Shown here piece after piece: positions 25,588 to 39,719 of a stretch of DNA of 64,000 bases. A program made the translations under genes and the position numbers. The notes under the pieces were generated by a model, which saw only the letters and a list, made by a program, of their open reading frames with translations, made no database searches and had not been told where the DNA came from. Source of the stretch: Mizuhopecten yessoensis (lineage: Eukaryota); the NCBI RefSeq assembly GCF_002113885.1, contig NW_018408922.1, positions 444,462 to 508,461 on the forward strand. Reading direction: 5' to 3'. Positions within the stretch are counted from its first letter, which is position 1. Each line of letters opens with the position of its first letter.

Positions 25588-28500
25588 GAAATGTTAGAGA
25601 CGATTATAAATGTTTCAGGGAATGGTTCAGTACTTCATCAGCTTAACATCGAATGAAATGTTTTATTTAGAAAACGTCTCCAAACGAATGGATATGCTGG
25701 CATTTATGTAATCGTGGGTATTTGCAATCAGATCAGTTGTATTTTGATTTTGTTTGCACACTTGACATTTAACACATCTAATATATATTTGAATAATAAC
25801 TTAATGTGTTCATGAGTTTATGGTGTTATTTGGTTTGGTACAATACGAACAGTGTTAAATATTAATCTGTAACCATGTAGTCATGGTAACATGGATATAA
25901 TAACGCAAGCTCTGTAATGACAAGGCAAATAGTTATCAATAGATTCTTGTTATAGATTCCTTTCATATAAACGTATTGTATTTATTTTCACTTATCATTA
26001 TCGATAATTATAGCAGTATAAAATGTATACATATCATTATCTATTCATTCTAGCAACACAGATCACTCAAGTATAAATAGTGATTTTTACTTAAAATAAA
26101 TATGCAAAATTGTATAAACGATTTGAGTCCTCAAATTGAATCATAATTTGATACTTCTCTCGATGTTTGTCTTTATTTAATATTTAAACCCAAATACACA
26201 AAGATAAGCAAGACCATAGATTTTGTTACATAAGGAAACATGTTTACATAATTTATTAAATACATCCTGTCGACAAAGATCATTTAAGTAGAATCAGAAA
26301 AGTGGTATTTGCTTAAACAATTATACAACAGTGTATGGGTATTTTTTGTTTTTATGTTGTTTTATTCATAAATTGTTGTTACTTTGTTTTTGGTTAAGTT
26401 TGTTAATTCAATGAAGATAATGGAATCACAATTTGAATATTTTTTTCTGTGTTGTGTAGATTTAAGATAATCTTAACAGAAATGCATTAAGCTTGACCAC
26501 AAAATATATACATACAAAATATATCGATACATTGAAGAAGATATCCTCGTGGTATTTTCCCCGTCGGTTCTGAAAAGAAAATCGATGAAAAAACTTCGTA
26601 ACAAGTTGCTCTACAGATGTTTATTTCAGTTTATTCATCCTCTGCCAAAAAGACAACACACGACATGTAAATTTATATTCAATCCTAGTGAGAAACATCA
26701 TCGTCATCCATGACACCAGACGTCACACTGATGAATATTATCAAAAATCGTTGACAAGTTTTTGAAATTAAAATTAACCGTTACTCCTCTACTTTATTTA
26801 AGTTCATAAATTTAGGGGTTTTAGGCACATGCCCCTCTGTTTTAACAAACGTTTAGACAAATTTGATATTCACATTAATATTTGAGCTTCACCGATGATC
26901 CTTAGATGGAAGAAACAGCTGTATGATGCTATGTAACTTTATTTTGGCAAACTGTTTCTATTACCAGATTTTAAAGGGTTGCAATCACCTGTGTGTTATA
27001 CGTTCATGTCTGTATCTCTTATTATCGCTCAAGGAACTACTGGTTATCGGGAACAATTATAGGAATATCCCATTTCAGTTTGACTATTGTCGGTAATTGT
27101 TATATGTGTAGGTATAGTAATAAACAAAAACGAAAACGAACATTATTTTGTTATTTTGAAAACATAATGACCTGGCGGTATTATTTGGAAGGCACCCGTG
27201 GACGGTAATCTAGAACAATCATCGTCATATCATTAAACAAATAAGGAAGTTAGGTATTGACCCAGTAGATTAGACTGTCTTGTCCAAATATACGAACACG
27301 GGCTTCATCTTCACCTAGATGGGCAAGGGTTGTAGTGTGCGTTTGTGTGAGAGGCTACGTGAAATTGTTATCTTGTTACGAAGGTGAATAAACGGAACAA
27401 TATATAGCGGCTTGTGTGTGTTGAGGAAAATATGTGTTAGTGTCATGTTCAAACAATAAATATGTACAAAACTGTTGAATATGGAACATAAAATAACAAA
27501 TAATTTTCTGTCAAAACTTATCTTAGGGTAAAGGAGCCAAACAAACTAAAATACATTATCTCCACTTTCACTTGTGACGTACTTGTTTGTGTCCTTTTCA
27601 GGATAGGTATTCCATGGAAATCACCTATTGCGGTGCATTTTACAGAACTGTTCTTGTTTGAAATTTGAATGTTTGATAATAGAAATAAAGAATAAATTAG
27701 AAAAAATACAGGTACGAACTTAGGACATTAACACTGCCAAGCCTATACGTTTTCGCATTTAAAAAATTAACAACTTCAAAATGAGAGTCCAGTTAACGGT
27801 CCGCAATGTCTATAGAAACAAAACTGAACATTGACGATACACAAACGTTACACGGAGACTTACTCTTAGCGAGCAAAAAAAATGTGGTTGTTTATATATA
27901 AGGGAGACAATTCTGCATCTAACAATTTCTGAGAAGAGCTCCTTCCTTGAGATTTAAGCGGGTGCTGAGGTACTCTTAACTTGAACTGTTTTATGATTAT
28001 AAAATTAAAAACGATGAAGTCAATGGATACCTCACATAAATACAGACCTGGTCCGTTCAGGTACATATAACCAATGGTCGGTAGGTATGGTCATATCCTT
28101 CTCTTAAAGCCATTGATATGAGGTATGTGTACAAGATATACCTTATTGTGTGTTCAGTATTAAGATTTCTATTTTGGTCATGCAACGAGGAAAATGTAAA
28201 AGCAAAATTAACATGATTTCGAAAGATAAAACTTATTCGTTCTCGCGAAAAAAGTCCTCTCTGTTAGATACCACATCTACAAGCCAGAGTGAAAAAGGTA
28301 AATAGTGGATTCCATATGGACAATGATGTATAAAAGAAATGTATTGAGTATGAACGCATTTATGGTAGTATTTCACACACATTTAATGAGTATATTAATT
28401 ACTTCGGGTAACAGTGAAAGGAAAGCTCTAGGGCGTCGAAGGCGCCCGGGCGAAGCTCTGTAATTGTAACACATGAGCGCCTAAAGAGTTACTTCAATTG

Positions 28501-28746
28501 CTAAAAGTTGCCCTTATTATTATTCTTTTCGTCTGGAAGTAGCTGTCCTATGGAGAAACAGGAACCTAATAACCAACGACAAATATGTTTCAACACAAAC
28601 GCATGGACACTTACCTCTGCATGTACTAAAATTAATCTTTTACGGTTTTCAATAAAATAGAAATATTCTCCTTTGGCGTCTAATACTCGTGAGAATGAGA
28701 TGCACCATAATCATCTGTTTGTAGTGAAACTAAAGGAAACGGAACT

Positions 28747-28811
28747 AATGACGTAACAATCAATACTTGCTCACAAGAGAAGATAACTCTGCAATACGCA
28801 AAGACGGAATA
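28747..28811. mobile_element. Half copy (one arm) of MITE family 1
   Basis: AATGACGTAACAATCAATACTTGCTCACAAGAGAAGATAACTCTGCAATACGCAAAGACGGAATA matches the right arm of the elements at 4883 and 32122. Confidence 0.75.
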
Positions 28812-30476
28812 ACGACCATCTCAGTTACATTAATGTATTACAATGTTCTTTTTTTCCTTTTTGTTTTTTAACATTTTCATCGATACATCGTGTTTATCCT
28901 TTTGTTATTAATCTTAAAAAAGCATGAAATTTCTCTTCTAAATAGTGCATATACATATCATATTAAATTTCAGCAAATTGCAAACTGCTCAAAATGACTT
29001 TATCAAAAAATGGGTAGAACTTGTCCCGGTTTTCCCTTATGTTTATGTCGGTGTTAAAATATCATTAGAACTTGTGCTTTATTGTTATTCCTCGACTTGC
29101 CGACTCTAAATAAAGCTCAAACTGTGTACTCAGTCTAAGTAATCTTCATCATATTTATAATGATATTGTTCATGTTCTACCTGAATGCGACATAACAACA
29201 TATGCATGTCACAAACAAGATAGCGCTTCCCACGACACTAGAGCGAGACATTCTACTTTTTAAAGATGGCGGATTTATCTGTTGTCACACCTTCAATAGA
29301 ATACGGACTTGTGTCGGATGCACACCCGGAGTTGTTCGACACGCGTGCGATGCCGAAACCAAAGCAGGACCTGAAACCAGGGCAGCTTCCTAGTCCCATT
29401 AACCAGCAATTCTTTCATGATGTACGCATGTATTAATACTTATCTAACGATTAACTTTGTACGTCGGCAGGTTACTACTGTATTGGCACTCGTCAGCTTA
29501 ACACCTTCGTTAGCTTAAATTATGATACAGTTTGAGATATGTTTATTTGGTTTAAAAACAATCCTATATAAATGCATTTTGATATATTGTTTAGTTAATG
29601 ACACTATAGATGAGCACCTATTTTTTATATACAACTATGTATTATTTTTGTGTGGCTTTGCTGCAAAATATTCGATATCAAATTTAATAATATATTAAAA
29701 AGATATTTTGCGAGATTCTACTCCGTATCCCATTCATCATCACTGGTCAAATCGTCGTGTCATTTTTTCCAGCATCAGCATCTGTAAGTTTCAGTTTTCC
29801 CGGTATATTATAATATATTTGTCGTTGTTCGCACACACACTGGTCAACGATGCGGTCAATGTAAATCCTGGTTTCGGCTTACGCTAGCCGAGGGGGTTAG
29901 CGTTTTTATATATTAGTTATATCATATCATATTTCTATTTTGGTTTTATGTTATGTAAGTGTTCTGTGTCTTTCGGTGTCTCAGAGAAGGAGCAGATTGC
30001 TCCGAAAATTTGAAATGAATCCGAATCCTTCAAACAAAGGATCCAGTGTTACAACGGAATTTGCCTTTGATATTACTGATATATTTGTGATTTTTAATTC
30101 TCTGTATATAAAGATACATAAATTATATAATATCTATGATCTTTCCAATGTTTGTGTGAATTTTTAACAGGGTTATGTGATTGTGAAGGAGTTTTTTTAC
30201 CCGTTCGGAACTAGATCCTTGCAGACAAGCCATACAAGACCAGGTAGAAAGGCTCGCTCAAAAACTATTCAAAGCTGGTAAAATCAAAGGTTAGATTATA
30301 GCTGTATATCCCGTTCTGATGACTGTAGAAAGAGCTACTCTGTATATATGGAAATAGCCTCATAGGTTATATATAACCATAAAACGTCGCCTTACAGTAA
30401 GAACGTGTTTTGCAAAAAATTGAAATAAACACTGTTTACGTTATAAAACCAGTGAGACGCAGAATTGAAAAATAGT

Positions 30477-31778
30477 CAATCATGTGTTTGTTATATGTGT
30501 GTTATTATCCCAATCATGTGTTTGTTATATGTGTGTTATTATATCAATCATGTGTTTGTTGTATGTGTGTTTTTATCTCAATCATGTGTTTGTTATATGT
30601 ATGTTATTATCTCAATCATGTGTTTGTTGCATGTCTGTTTTTATCTCAATCATGTGTTTGTTATATGTGTGTTATTATCTCAATCATGTGTTTGTTGTAT
30701 GTGCGTTATTATCTCAATCATGTGTTTGTTATATGCGTGTTATTATCTCATTCATGTGTTTGTTATATGTGTGTTATTATCTCAATCATGTGTTTGTTGC
30801 ATGTCTGTTTTTATCTCAATCATGTGTTTGTTATATTTGTGTTATTATCTCAATCATGTGTTTGTTGTCTGTGTGTTATTATTCCAATCATGTGTTTGTT
30901 GTATGTGTGTTATTATCACAATCATGTGTTTGTTGTATGTGTGTTATTATTCCAATCATGTGTTTGTTATATGTGTGTTATTATCTCAATCATGGGTTTG
31001 TTGTATGTGCGTTATTATCTCAATCATGTGTTTGTTATATGCGTGTTATTATCTCAATCATGTGTTTGTTATAGGTGTGTTATTATCTCAATCATGTATT
31101 TGTTGTATGTGTGTTATTTTCTCAATCATGTGTTTGTTATATGTGTGTTATTATCTCAATCATATGTTTGTTGTATGTGTGTTATTATCTCAATCATATG
31201 TTTGTTATATGTGTGTTATTATCTCAATCCTGTGTTTGTTATATGTGTGTTATTATCTCAATCATATGTTTGTTATATGTGTGTTATTATCTCAATCATG
31301 TGTTTGTTGCATGTCTGTTTTTATCTCAATCATGTGTTTGTTATATGTGTGGTATTATCTCAATCATGTGTTTGTTGTATGTGTGTTATTATCTCAATTA
31401 TGTGTTTGTTATATGTGTGTTATTTTCTCAATCATGTGTTTGTTATATGTGTGTTATTATCTCAATCATATGTTTGTTATATGTGTGTTATTATCTCAAT
31501 CCTGTGTTTGTTATATGTGTGTTATTATCTCAATCCTGTGTTTGTTATATGTGTGTTATTATCTCAATCATGTGTTTGTTGTATGTGTGTTATTATCTCA
31601 ATCATGTGTTTGCTATATGTGTGTTATTTTCTCAATCATGTGTTTGTTATATGTGTGTTATTATCTCAATCATGTGTTTGTTGTATGTGTGTTATTATCT
31701 CAATCATGTGTTTGTTGTATGTGTGTTATTATTCCAATCATGTGTTTGTTGTATGTGTGTTATTATTTCAATCATGTG
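30477..31778. repeat. 34-bp minisatellite, ~38 copies, in intron 2 of copy C
   Basis: Unit TCAATCATGTGTTTGTT(A/G)TATGTGTGTTATTATC. It has almost no + strand stops, which explains the long Cys/Val/Tyr-rich ORFs. Confidence 0.97.
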
Positions 31779-32121
31779 GTGTTTTTTTAATGTGTATTTT
31801 TATTGAAATTCTACAGTCGGCTGTAGAGCTTTTGATAAAATCATAGCTCTTCATCGAAGTCGTATATATATCACATCTACATTTTAAATAGTTGCTTTCA
31901 TTGATTAGCAACGATTCAATTGATAACTGTTAATAACCATATTAAATCGTCCAGATAATAGCTTTGTCTTTGCAAAGTGTAATTTAGTTTTGGTAAACTG
32001 CAACTATTACCAAATTGTGAAGGTACAATCATCTGTATATGTCTTACGCTTATCTTTAGATATTTGGCACAAACTTTGCACTCTAAACCTTCAAGTGGTG
32101 AACTTGATTAAAAATGACTGA

Positions 32122-32312
32122 ATCCCGTCTTTGCGTATTGCAGAGTTATCTTCTCTTGTGAGCAGGTATTTATTGTTACTTCATTGATTTGTGTGAGAAA
32201 ATTACGTCGTTTTCTCACACAAACCAATGACATTACTCCCACAAACCAATGACGTAATAATCAATACCTGCTCACAAGAGAAGATAACTCTGCAGTACGC
32301 AAAGACGGAATA
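32122..32312. mobile_element. Foldback MITE family 1, second full copy
   Basis: CCGTCTTTGCGTATTGCAGAGTTATCTTCTCTTGTGAGCAGGTATT...AATACCTGCTCACAAGAGAAGATAACTCTGCAGTACGCAAAGACGGAATA. Confidence 0.8.
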
Positions 32313-33433
32313 CTGTAACTGACAAAACAACATGAACGTTCCTTACGAGACAGGTGTTAGGGGATGTATGAAGATACTGAGAATTCAACCATCAACACGG
32401 ATATAACTTTTCAGAAGAAAGCCAATTACTCAAATATGCATTAATGTATTTCCATTTTAAGTATAACTAGACAAACTTTTATTTATAATTTTATATGAAA
32501 CTTAAATAGTACGTTACATATTAAGAGTCACGGGTTTCATTTCTGTTGGTAATCTCTGGCTTTCAGCCCTACAATAATCTACTCTTTCTACAAATAACGA
32601 TCTATAAAATTCGTGTGACTCTCCAATGTTTACCAAATCATTGCAGATCTCTACAGTAAATATGGACTTTTTGAAAGATTAACCTACATTGAGAAAGATT
32701 TCCCTGGGGCGAACATCATGTTGCACAAATACCCAGAGCTATCTCAGGTATGTTTCATAGAAAACACCATCTTGTAGTTGTAGTTTATTTTTATTTTTAT
32801 CTAATATACTTGAACAAATCACATTAATCAGCGATACAATTTGGTAGAAAAAAAACAGTCAAAATTGTTAAAACTAAGGCAAAATATAAACATTTGAACT
32901 GATTTTCAAGGATTGGGGGGAAAAGACTAAAGAAAGTTTGGTCGGGGAACCTCGAGCACGAGAGGCCAACACGAAAACAATAACTGAAACAACACACATA
33001 GAGAAATAGAATAAATACCGAGTTCAAAATAAAATTCGATAACCGATATAAAAAACAATTTACATATGGGTTACGCATAACTATATAGTTTCTTTTTCAT
33101 AAAGAAATTTAGGTTAATGTGTTAATATATTAACATTCCATAAGCACATTTTACCATTGCATAGTTATAGATTTCATATTGAAATTATACAATGGTACAT
33201 GTAATGGTACATGTGTGTAACTGGCTTTCTTGTATAGGCATTTAAAAACCTGTGGACCAATGAGCGTCTTCTGAATGTGGTTGAACAACTCATTGGACCG
33301 GAAATAGCCGGGCATCCATTATGGAATCTGCGTACAAAAACACCCCAGAACGAGGCTACTACAGTTCCATGGCATCAAGGTAAATTAACATAGTATTTAT
33401 ATCAAAGGTCGTATAACAAAACGAAAAAGGGTT

Positions 33434-33578
33434 NNNNNNNNNNNNNNNNNNNNNNNNNNNNNNNNNNNNNNNNNNNNNNNNNNNNNNNNNNNNNNNNNNN
33501 NNNNNNNNNNNNNNNNNNNNNNNNNNNNNNNNNNNNNNNNNNNNNNNNNNNNNNNNNNNNNNNNNNNNNNNNNNNNNN
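33434..33578. other. Assembly gap (N run) in intron 4 of copy C
   Basis: Run of 145 N. Confidence 0.99.
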
Positions 33579-34640
33579 TTGTGTGATAACTAATGTACAA
33601 CAGCCTATTTACAGTACTAATGGTATTAATAATTTCGAATTTTAGACTCTGCCTATTTGGACAACAAGTCTTACAAAGTTCTACAGCCCATGGCCTGGAT
33701 ACCTTTACTGGATGTAACAGCTCACAATGGATGTATGCAGGTACGATAGTACCTCGTCCATCTTACCACTTTCAAGCTTTCGTTATGATTTATGGGACAA
33801 CAGCATTACTTGGAAAATCAAGTTTAACTAATTGATTTCCTGACGTATTTGGATAAGGCCCAAGTTTTAGCATCTTGTTAATAACCTCATATTCATATAC
33901 TGAATCACTAGCTTGAAAGTGAGAAAAAACAGATAGATGAATGTAACGTCATGGACTTGAACACCATTTTAAGCCACGTTTCAAAAAACATCGCCACAGT
34001 GTAAATAATCACTAAGTTCCTCATACTAATAAATTAATTTTATACAATAACCAATTACGAAAAGATATTCTGCTACACAAAAATAAATAAACATTTTTTG
34101 AATTACATAAAGTTTTAATATTTAAATGATGTTATTTCACTTTTGATATCTTCAGGTTGTTCATGGGGGGCCACCGAGCAGGAAAGGTTGCCACTCATCA
34201 GTGTTGTCATGGAGGCACGTGGTATGTTATGGTGGATGAAAATGAAATGCAGAAAAGTCTCGGTAAGATATTTTTGTATAACATATATTGTTCCTTTAAT
34301 TCAAATAACAGTACAATGTATGATGCTATGTTTACCTTGTTGTTGGGTTTTTTTCGTGAGAAAAAGAGTGCTTGTTGGCAAACCTTTTAGTTTAGCTGTT
34401 ACCTTAATTTGACGTGTATATCCGTTCCGAACAGTTCTATTCAGAAAGTTATACTTTTATAAAAGGTCATCATGTTGTTTAATGACAAATTTGAAAAGTA
34501 CAAAAAATATAAGAATCTGTAGCAAACGGGTGCTAATTAATTATAACAATCATAATTAAGACTTTTTCAAGGGAGAGAACTCCTATATAAACCCCATGTG
34601 TATTATATAAGGTTACATTATTTTTAACTATTTTATACCA

Positions 34641-34895
34641 GGGCCCGTATTCATGAAACCATTCTCATGCTCAAGCATGGATTTTGTGTTCAAGCCAAAT
34701 GTCTTGTTCTTGTTGTAACTTAATAAATAGATCTTGTTTTGTCAATGATTTGGAAACATTTTGAAGAAACTTGAAGCTAAATACTGTTTCAATACATTTG
34801 ACTTTTTGATCGTTTGACATTATTTAAGCTAGTTACAAGAAAGTTGGCTTGATCACAGAATCCCTGCTTGAGCACGAGAACATGAATACCGGCCC
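34641..34895. mobile_element. MITE family 2, second copy
   Basis: GGGCCCGTATTCATGAAACCATTCTCATGCTCAAGCATGG...GCTTGAGCACGAGAACATGAATACCGGCCC. The interior is the reverse complement of 6927-7176. Confidence 0.75.
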
Positions 34896-37126
34896 TGTGC
34901 AATCCTATGTGTGTCTAACGTTCATCTACAATAATTTCCATGCTTAAAGCATTCATTTGTGTTGGGAAAGTAGTTCTGTATTAGTTCACAAGAATTTTTA
35001 ATTCTTTTTCATTATACAGGTGTAAACCCTGCAACTGATATAGTCACGTGTGAGATTCCTTATGGTGGAATGTTACTGTTAAATAACATGATACCACACA
35101 GAAGGTAGGGAACACAAAAACATTATTTCACATCTTTGTTGTTCTTAAAGTATGTAGCACGAGAATAATATCATTTATTTCAGTGCGTTTCAATCAATGT
35201 TGTTCAAAGTTTATATTAAGCATGCGCAGTAACACCAGACATTAATGACAGAGAGGGAAACTGGATCATTAATTAGGGCATGACATTTTGTTTGAAACAG
35301 AAAAAAACACGTTCTGAAGATAATAATACCATTTCAAATATCACAAGACATTTTAAAATGCAGGTGTTTGTTCGTGTAAAATCAGATTGAGACGTTTTAG
35401 AACGTTTGTATGTAGCTATGTAAATTCATACAAAACTGCATAGTTATTATTTGTATTACATTGAGCCGGATTAATTTTTAAACATATTTGTTCAAATTGA
35501 CTTATAAAAATTTACCTCACATTAAAAAAGAAATACCATCACAATCACTAATTTGCTTCAATAGCTTTATATTTTCATCAGAAGTGCATTTCAAGTGCAT
35601 GATCCCTTAGTTGTATTTATTTTAAAAAAACACATGAGGAAGTAGAGTTCAAAATATTTAAATCTGCTTGGTAGATATACGCAAATAGTGGTCTCTGAAA
35701 AGACAGGATTGCTTACTATAGACAGTTTTCTCGAGGTGGGGATGCATATCAAAGTAGATAGCATTTATCCTTAAGTAAACGTGTGTTATTCTTGCAGTCT
35801 CCCAAATATGTCCGGGGATATTTGATGGAGTCTTGATCTTCGCTGGCAAAAACCAGATCTACCATATGGATTCTACGATTTGAAACAGGGCGTTCTTATG
35901 AGGACTTCCAAAGATCCAAACTTCAAAATGTCCTGGGAAGTCTTTGACAGTGCCATTCGACATAAACTTTTAAGAGAGGCAACCGTAGAGGTTCTTATTT
36001 TTGGCATCTTTTATTTGCCTCTTTCATGTTTAATTATTTCAGTTCGCAAAAGGGAACTTAAGGATATTGGCATGCAGAAACTGTAAATGTATAATATGAT
36101 AGTGTTTTGGAAGTATATCAATTATTCTAATATACATAAGTATATTCGATTTATATGTTATGTTAAAATGGTACTATAAACATAATTTACTATTAATTCC
36201 TCTGTAAAACGTATAACTTAACCTATGTTATATATTTATGCTGTGTTAACTGACTGCCAGAGAGCAATCAGCATAGTATAGTACAGAGATTTCACACAAA
36301 AAATGAAAATGATGAAACGAAATCAAAACTTGTTTGAAACTGTCAAACAATGTCACAATATGTAAAATATAAAGCTTGATTTCATCTGATGTTTAGATTA
36401 TTTGTTTCAAAACAAGAAATATGTAGCGCATCTATTATGGAGAGAAGACGAATACTTGTTTAACCGTTACTTAAGTCAAATCTTAACTCTATTATATTGC
36501 TATGTTTCATTTGCTGTGTTGTTAGAATGAAGACGAGGACGACTTTGACACAACTATTCAGGGGCCATGGATGAAGAAATGGGAAATTGTGCACGTGAAC
36601 CGCCATGTTGAAAGCTACAAGGAGGTCCGCCAAGCTGATAGGTCATAACTTTCTGTAACTGTATTGATGTTTAAAAAATATGAGTAATTGTATGGAATGC
36701 TTTTTATACTTCATCCTGTGTTGAGTTAATGAATTTGCAGAGGTTTGTGGAATCTGTTCATATTCAAAAATAGGAGGAACATGGCAGTTGGAACTGTAAA
36801 TCAATGTTTAGTGAATTAAAATAAAACACGGCTTAAGGAAACTAACAACTTACGATGAACACGAAAATTACGCGTCGACACCAAAGCAGCCATTTACTAC
36901 CTTTAAAATTACCTTTGTGTTGCATTTCAAAGAAATTACATATTGTTGTCAATTGTTATTGATAAGAAATCAAACAAACACACAGATGTGTGTGTTTTCT
37001 TCCATGTGTTTTTTTGTGTTATTTGTGTCTAACAGCTGAATATAATAAATTATTGGTAATTTATTATAACTCATTCTTCCAATGACAGAGACTGACTATT
37101 TTAGCAGTAAATTACATGATTTAAAA

Positions 37127-37428
37127 AATACTCAATAGATATATAATAACATTAATAATGTTTATTCTAAATACTCAATAGATATATAATAACATTTATA
37201 ATGTGTATTCTAAATACTCAATAGATATATAATAACATTAATAATGTGTATTCTAAATACTCAATAGATACATAATAACATTAATAATGTGTATTCTAAA
37301 TACTCAATAGATATATAATAACATTAATAATGTGTATTCTAAATACTCAAGAGATATTATAACATTAATAATGTTTATTCTAAATACTCAATAGTTATAT
37401 TATAACAATGATAATGTTTATTCTAATG
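37127..37428. repeat. 43-bp AT-rich minisatellite, ~7 copies
   Basis: Unit AATACTCAATAGATATATAATAACATTAATAATGTGTATTCTA. Confidence 0.92.
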
Positions 37429-37611
37429 TATCTGTTTCGGTTATGTTAATGATCTTGTGTTAAATTATTGGCCACTTTGCTTAAATCATGTTTTGGCTCG
37501 TACATGTATATACTTAAAACCTTGTAAATTCTTAGTCATATTGGACTTTTACTATAATGCAATTCGCTTTATTATGTAACACTTCCACATTAGGCAGTGT
37601 AATAATACCGT

Positions 37612-38166
37612 TATTTAGAGGATATTTAATGTTTTCCGTTGAATACCATACAGTATATTTTATGGGTATAACAGAGTATCGAAAATATCGTTTTATCACA
37701 TAATGTACTATGTTATCCAGTGAATATACCCATGTCATATTTTTTTGCGTATTTACCCATGTTATATGACCTATCAGCCCTGTGATTGGTTGTAAGTTTC
37801 AATTGTGACGTCATGCCAAGGACAAGTACATGACGTCACAAACTTACGAACTTGAGTCACAATGGCGGCTTTTTACATTTCATGGTTGCATAAAAATTGC
37901 CGTTTTACACGAATAAATGCCACAAATCTTGACTGTGTGATAAAAAGGATCTTACACTGGTTTTCAGTTCATATAGCCATTATGAAACTCGTTACGAAGT
38001 TTTCATTGCAGCTCGCCAGAGGTTCGCTAAATAGAAACATATTTGGACTAGTTTCATCAATCTCATATGAAATGGAAACTCATAAAAGGTCCTATACATG
38101 AATATATTATCTCATACGAGTGAAATATATATGATATTCAACGTAATACCATTAAAGATCCTTAAT
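37612..38166. mobile_element. Probable ~550-bp non-autonomous DNA transposon
   Basis: Imperfect terminal inverted repeats AGGATATTTAATGTTTTCCGTTGAATA / TATTCAACGTAATACCATTAAAGATCCT. The interior carries TGACGTCA motifs. Confidence 0.45.
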
Positions 38167-39719
38167 ATGGTATTAACGAGAAAAATCATTAAATATATTT
38201 AATATGGTATTTAACGAGAAAAACATTAATTTCTTTATTGATTACTTTTTTAAGAACATGACGCAGATATTGCTGCATCAAAAAGTATTATCTAAATCGA
38301 AGTAATGTTATCCTGATCTCAATATTTCCAATGCAATTGGACCAATAAATACAATGTATTAAAACTTTTTTGAACATGTGATATTATTTGTAATTAAAAT
38401 TTGACGTCAACAAAATTGGACACAAATTGTGCCCTTTGGTGAATTTCGATGCTAATATAATTGTTTTTTAATTATTACCATAACAAATCTTAATAACCAT
38501 TAATGTAGGCATCAAAAAAAAAACCTACATGGGAAGGTATTGATCAGCATGAATGATTTTTTGTTATTTATTGATTACATTTAGATTAATTAATAAAGAT
38601 TAATTAAGTACTTGTACTTATTTCAAGAGTGGCCAGGTGGTATTCAAACCATTTCCCCTTCTCCTCACCACGTACATCACTAAGGACAGCATTAGTGACT
38701 GAATATTGCTGCCTCTAATGGTTGTTTTTTAGTGTTTAACAAATCATCTTCCAGTCTCACTATGCCTGTATATACTTACGCACAAATGACTTTAGGACTC
38801 ACACAACTAAATCATTTACTATATGTTATTACCAAACATTTTAGCTAATAACTTTAATATTTGAAGTTCAAAACTAGTGACAACTGTCTAGATTCATAAA
38901 TACATACCTTGCAAAGGCTACAAAATGACTTTTTTGGTAGGTTTAGTGGCATATTGGAGTGTCACAGCGCCAAGAAGTTGACAACCGGAAGTATACAAGC
39001 AAAACCGGTGACCCAAAACATAAACGCCCCCAGACATTTTGCCCCTGTGCAAATCCGCACACAGACATGGAAATATATCAAAAGTATATATTTTTCAAAA
39101 GTTTAATACCTGAACATTTTATTTATCTAAAAATCTGTCATCAGTTCCTTATTAAACTCCTTCAGTGGCACAGTAATTAGCCGGAACCTATTTCAGATAG
39201 GAACTACAAACGTATGAAACACTTGCTGATTGGCTGATTTAGTTGTGTGAGTCCTTTAACACCTGAGTTAGGTATGTATGTACTGTACCTCAAAATGAAT
39301 CGGAACACCTCAGGTTTTCTAGATATATTCTTATTAGCATAGCATTTGGAGCACCTCTGTCTCTGTTTATGTATATGTGTATGGTTAGTGTGTATTACAG
39401 TGAAGGATCTAGTTCTATGCATAGAAGATCCCACCGTCCCATTCATATCATACCAAACCGACTGTCTGGGGCTCGCTTTTGATAAATTATTATATTGAGT
39501 GTAAGTTTTTAAGTAAGATAAATCAATCGTTTGGTGTTGAATCTGCCTGTGAAAGGCCCTTTCTAGATCCTTCGGCCCTCGACAGGTAGTGGTTTCACTG
39601 ACTGACCCAACACCAACTCGTGATTTGTCGATCACTCATAACGGTAGTTTCTTCAATAAGATTCATCAGTTTGGAAATATGTGATATCAACGTTTTACTT
39701 TCTACACAAACAATGTACG

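Larger units (their letters stand above)
29266..36648 (+). pseudogene. PhyH-family dioxygenase, copy C, disabled (unprocessed pseudogene or null allele)
   Basis: Exons: 29266-29421, 30171-30289, 32647-32747, 33238-33379, 33646-33740, 34156-34262, 35020-35104, 35798-~35990, 36526-36648. Exon 2 is 119 bp instead of 118 (T7 run at 30192-30198), exon 6 is 107 bp instead of 106 (G6 run at 34165-34170), and TGA at 35823-35825 replaces the Arg of IRWSLDLR. Confidence 0.85.

Noticed and set aside
30192-30198. Programmed frameshift or slippage at the T7 run of copy C
   Set aside because: Two further independent lesions lie downstream, so recoding at this site would not rescue the protein.
30465-31846. 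Long ORFs (441, 454, 196 and 243 aa) rich in Cys, Val and Tyr
   Set aside because: They are translations of a 34-bp intronic minisatellite that is open in every frame, so they are not protein-coding.
35823-35825. In-frame TGA as selenocysteine or readthrough
   Set aside because: It aligns with a conserved Arg rather than Cys, and the same gene has two frameshifts. A CGA>TGA nonsense mutation is simpler.
39204-39635. 143-aa minus-strand ORF
   Set aside because: No convincing homology was recognised. It lies next to retroelement debris and lacks supporting splice structure.
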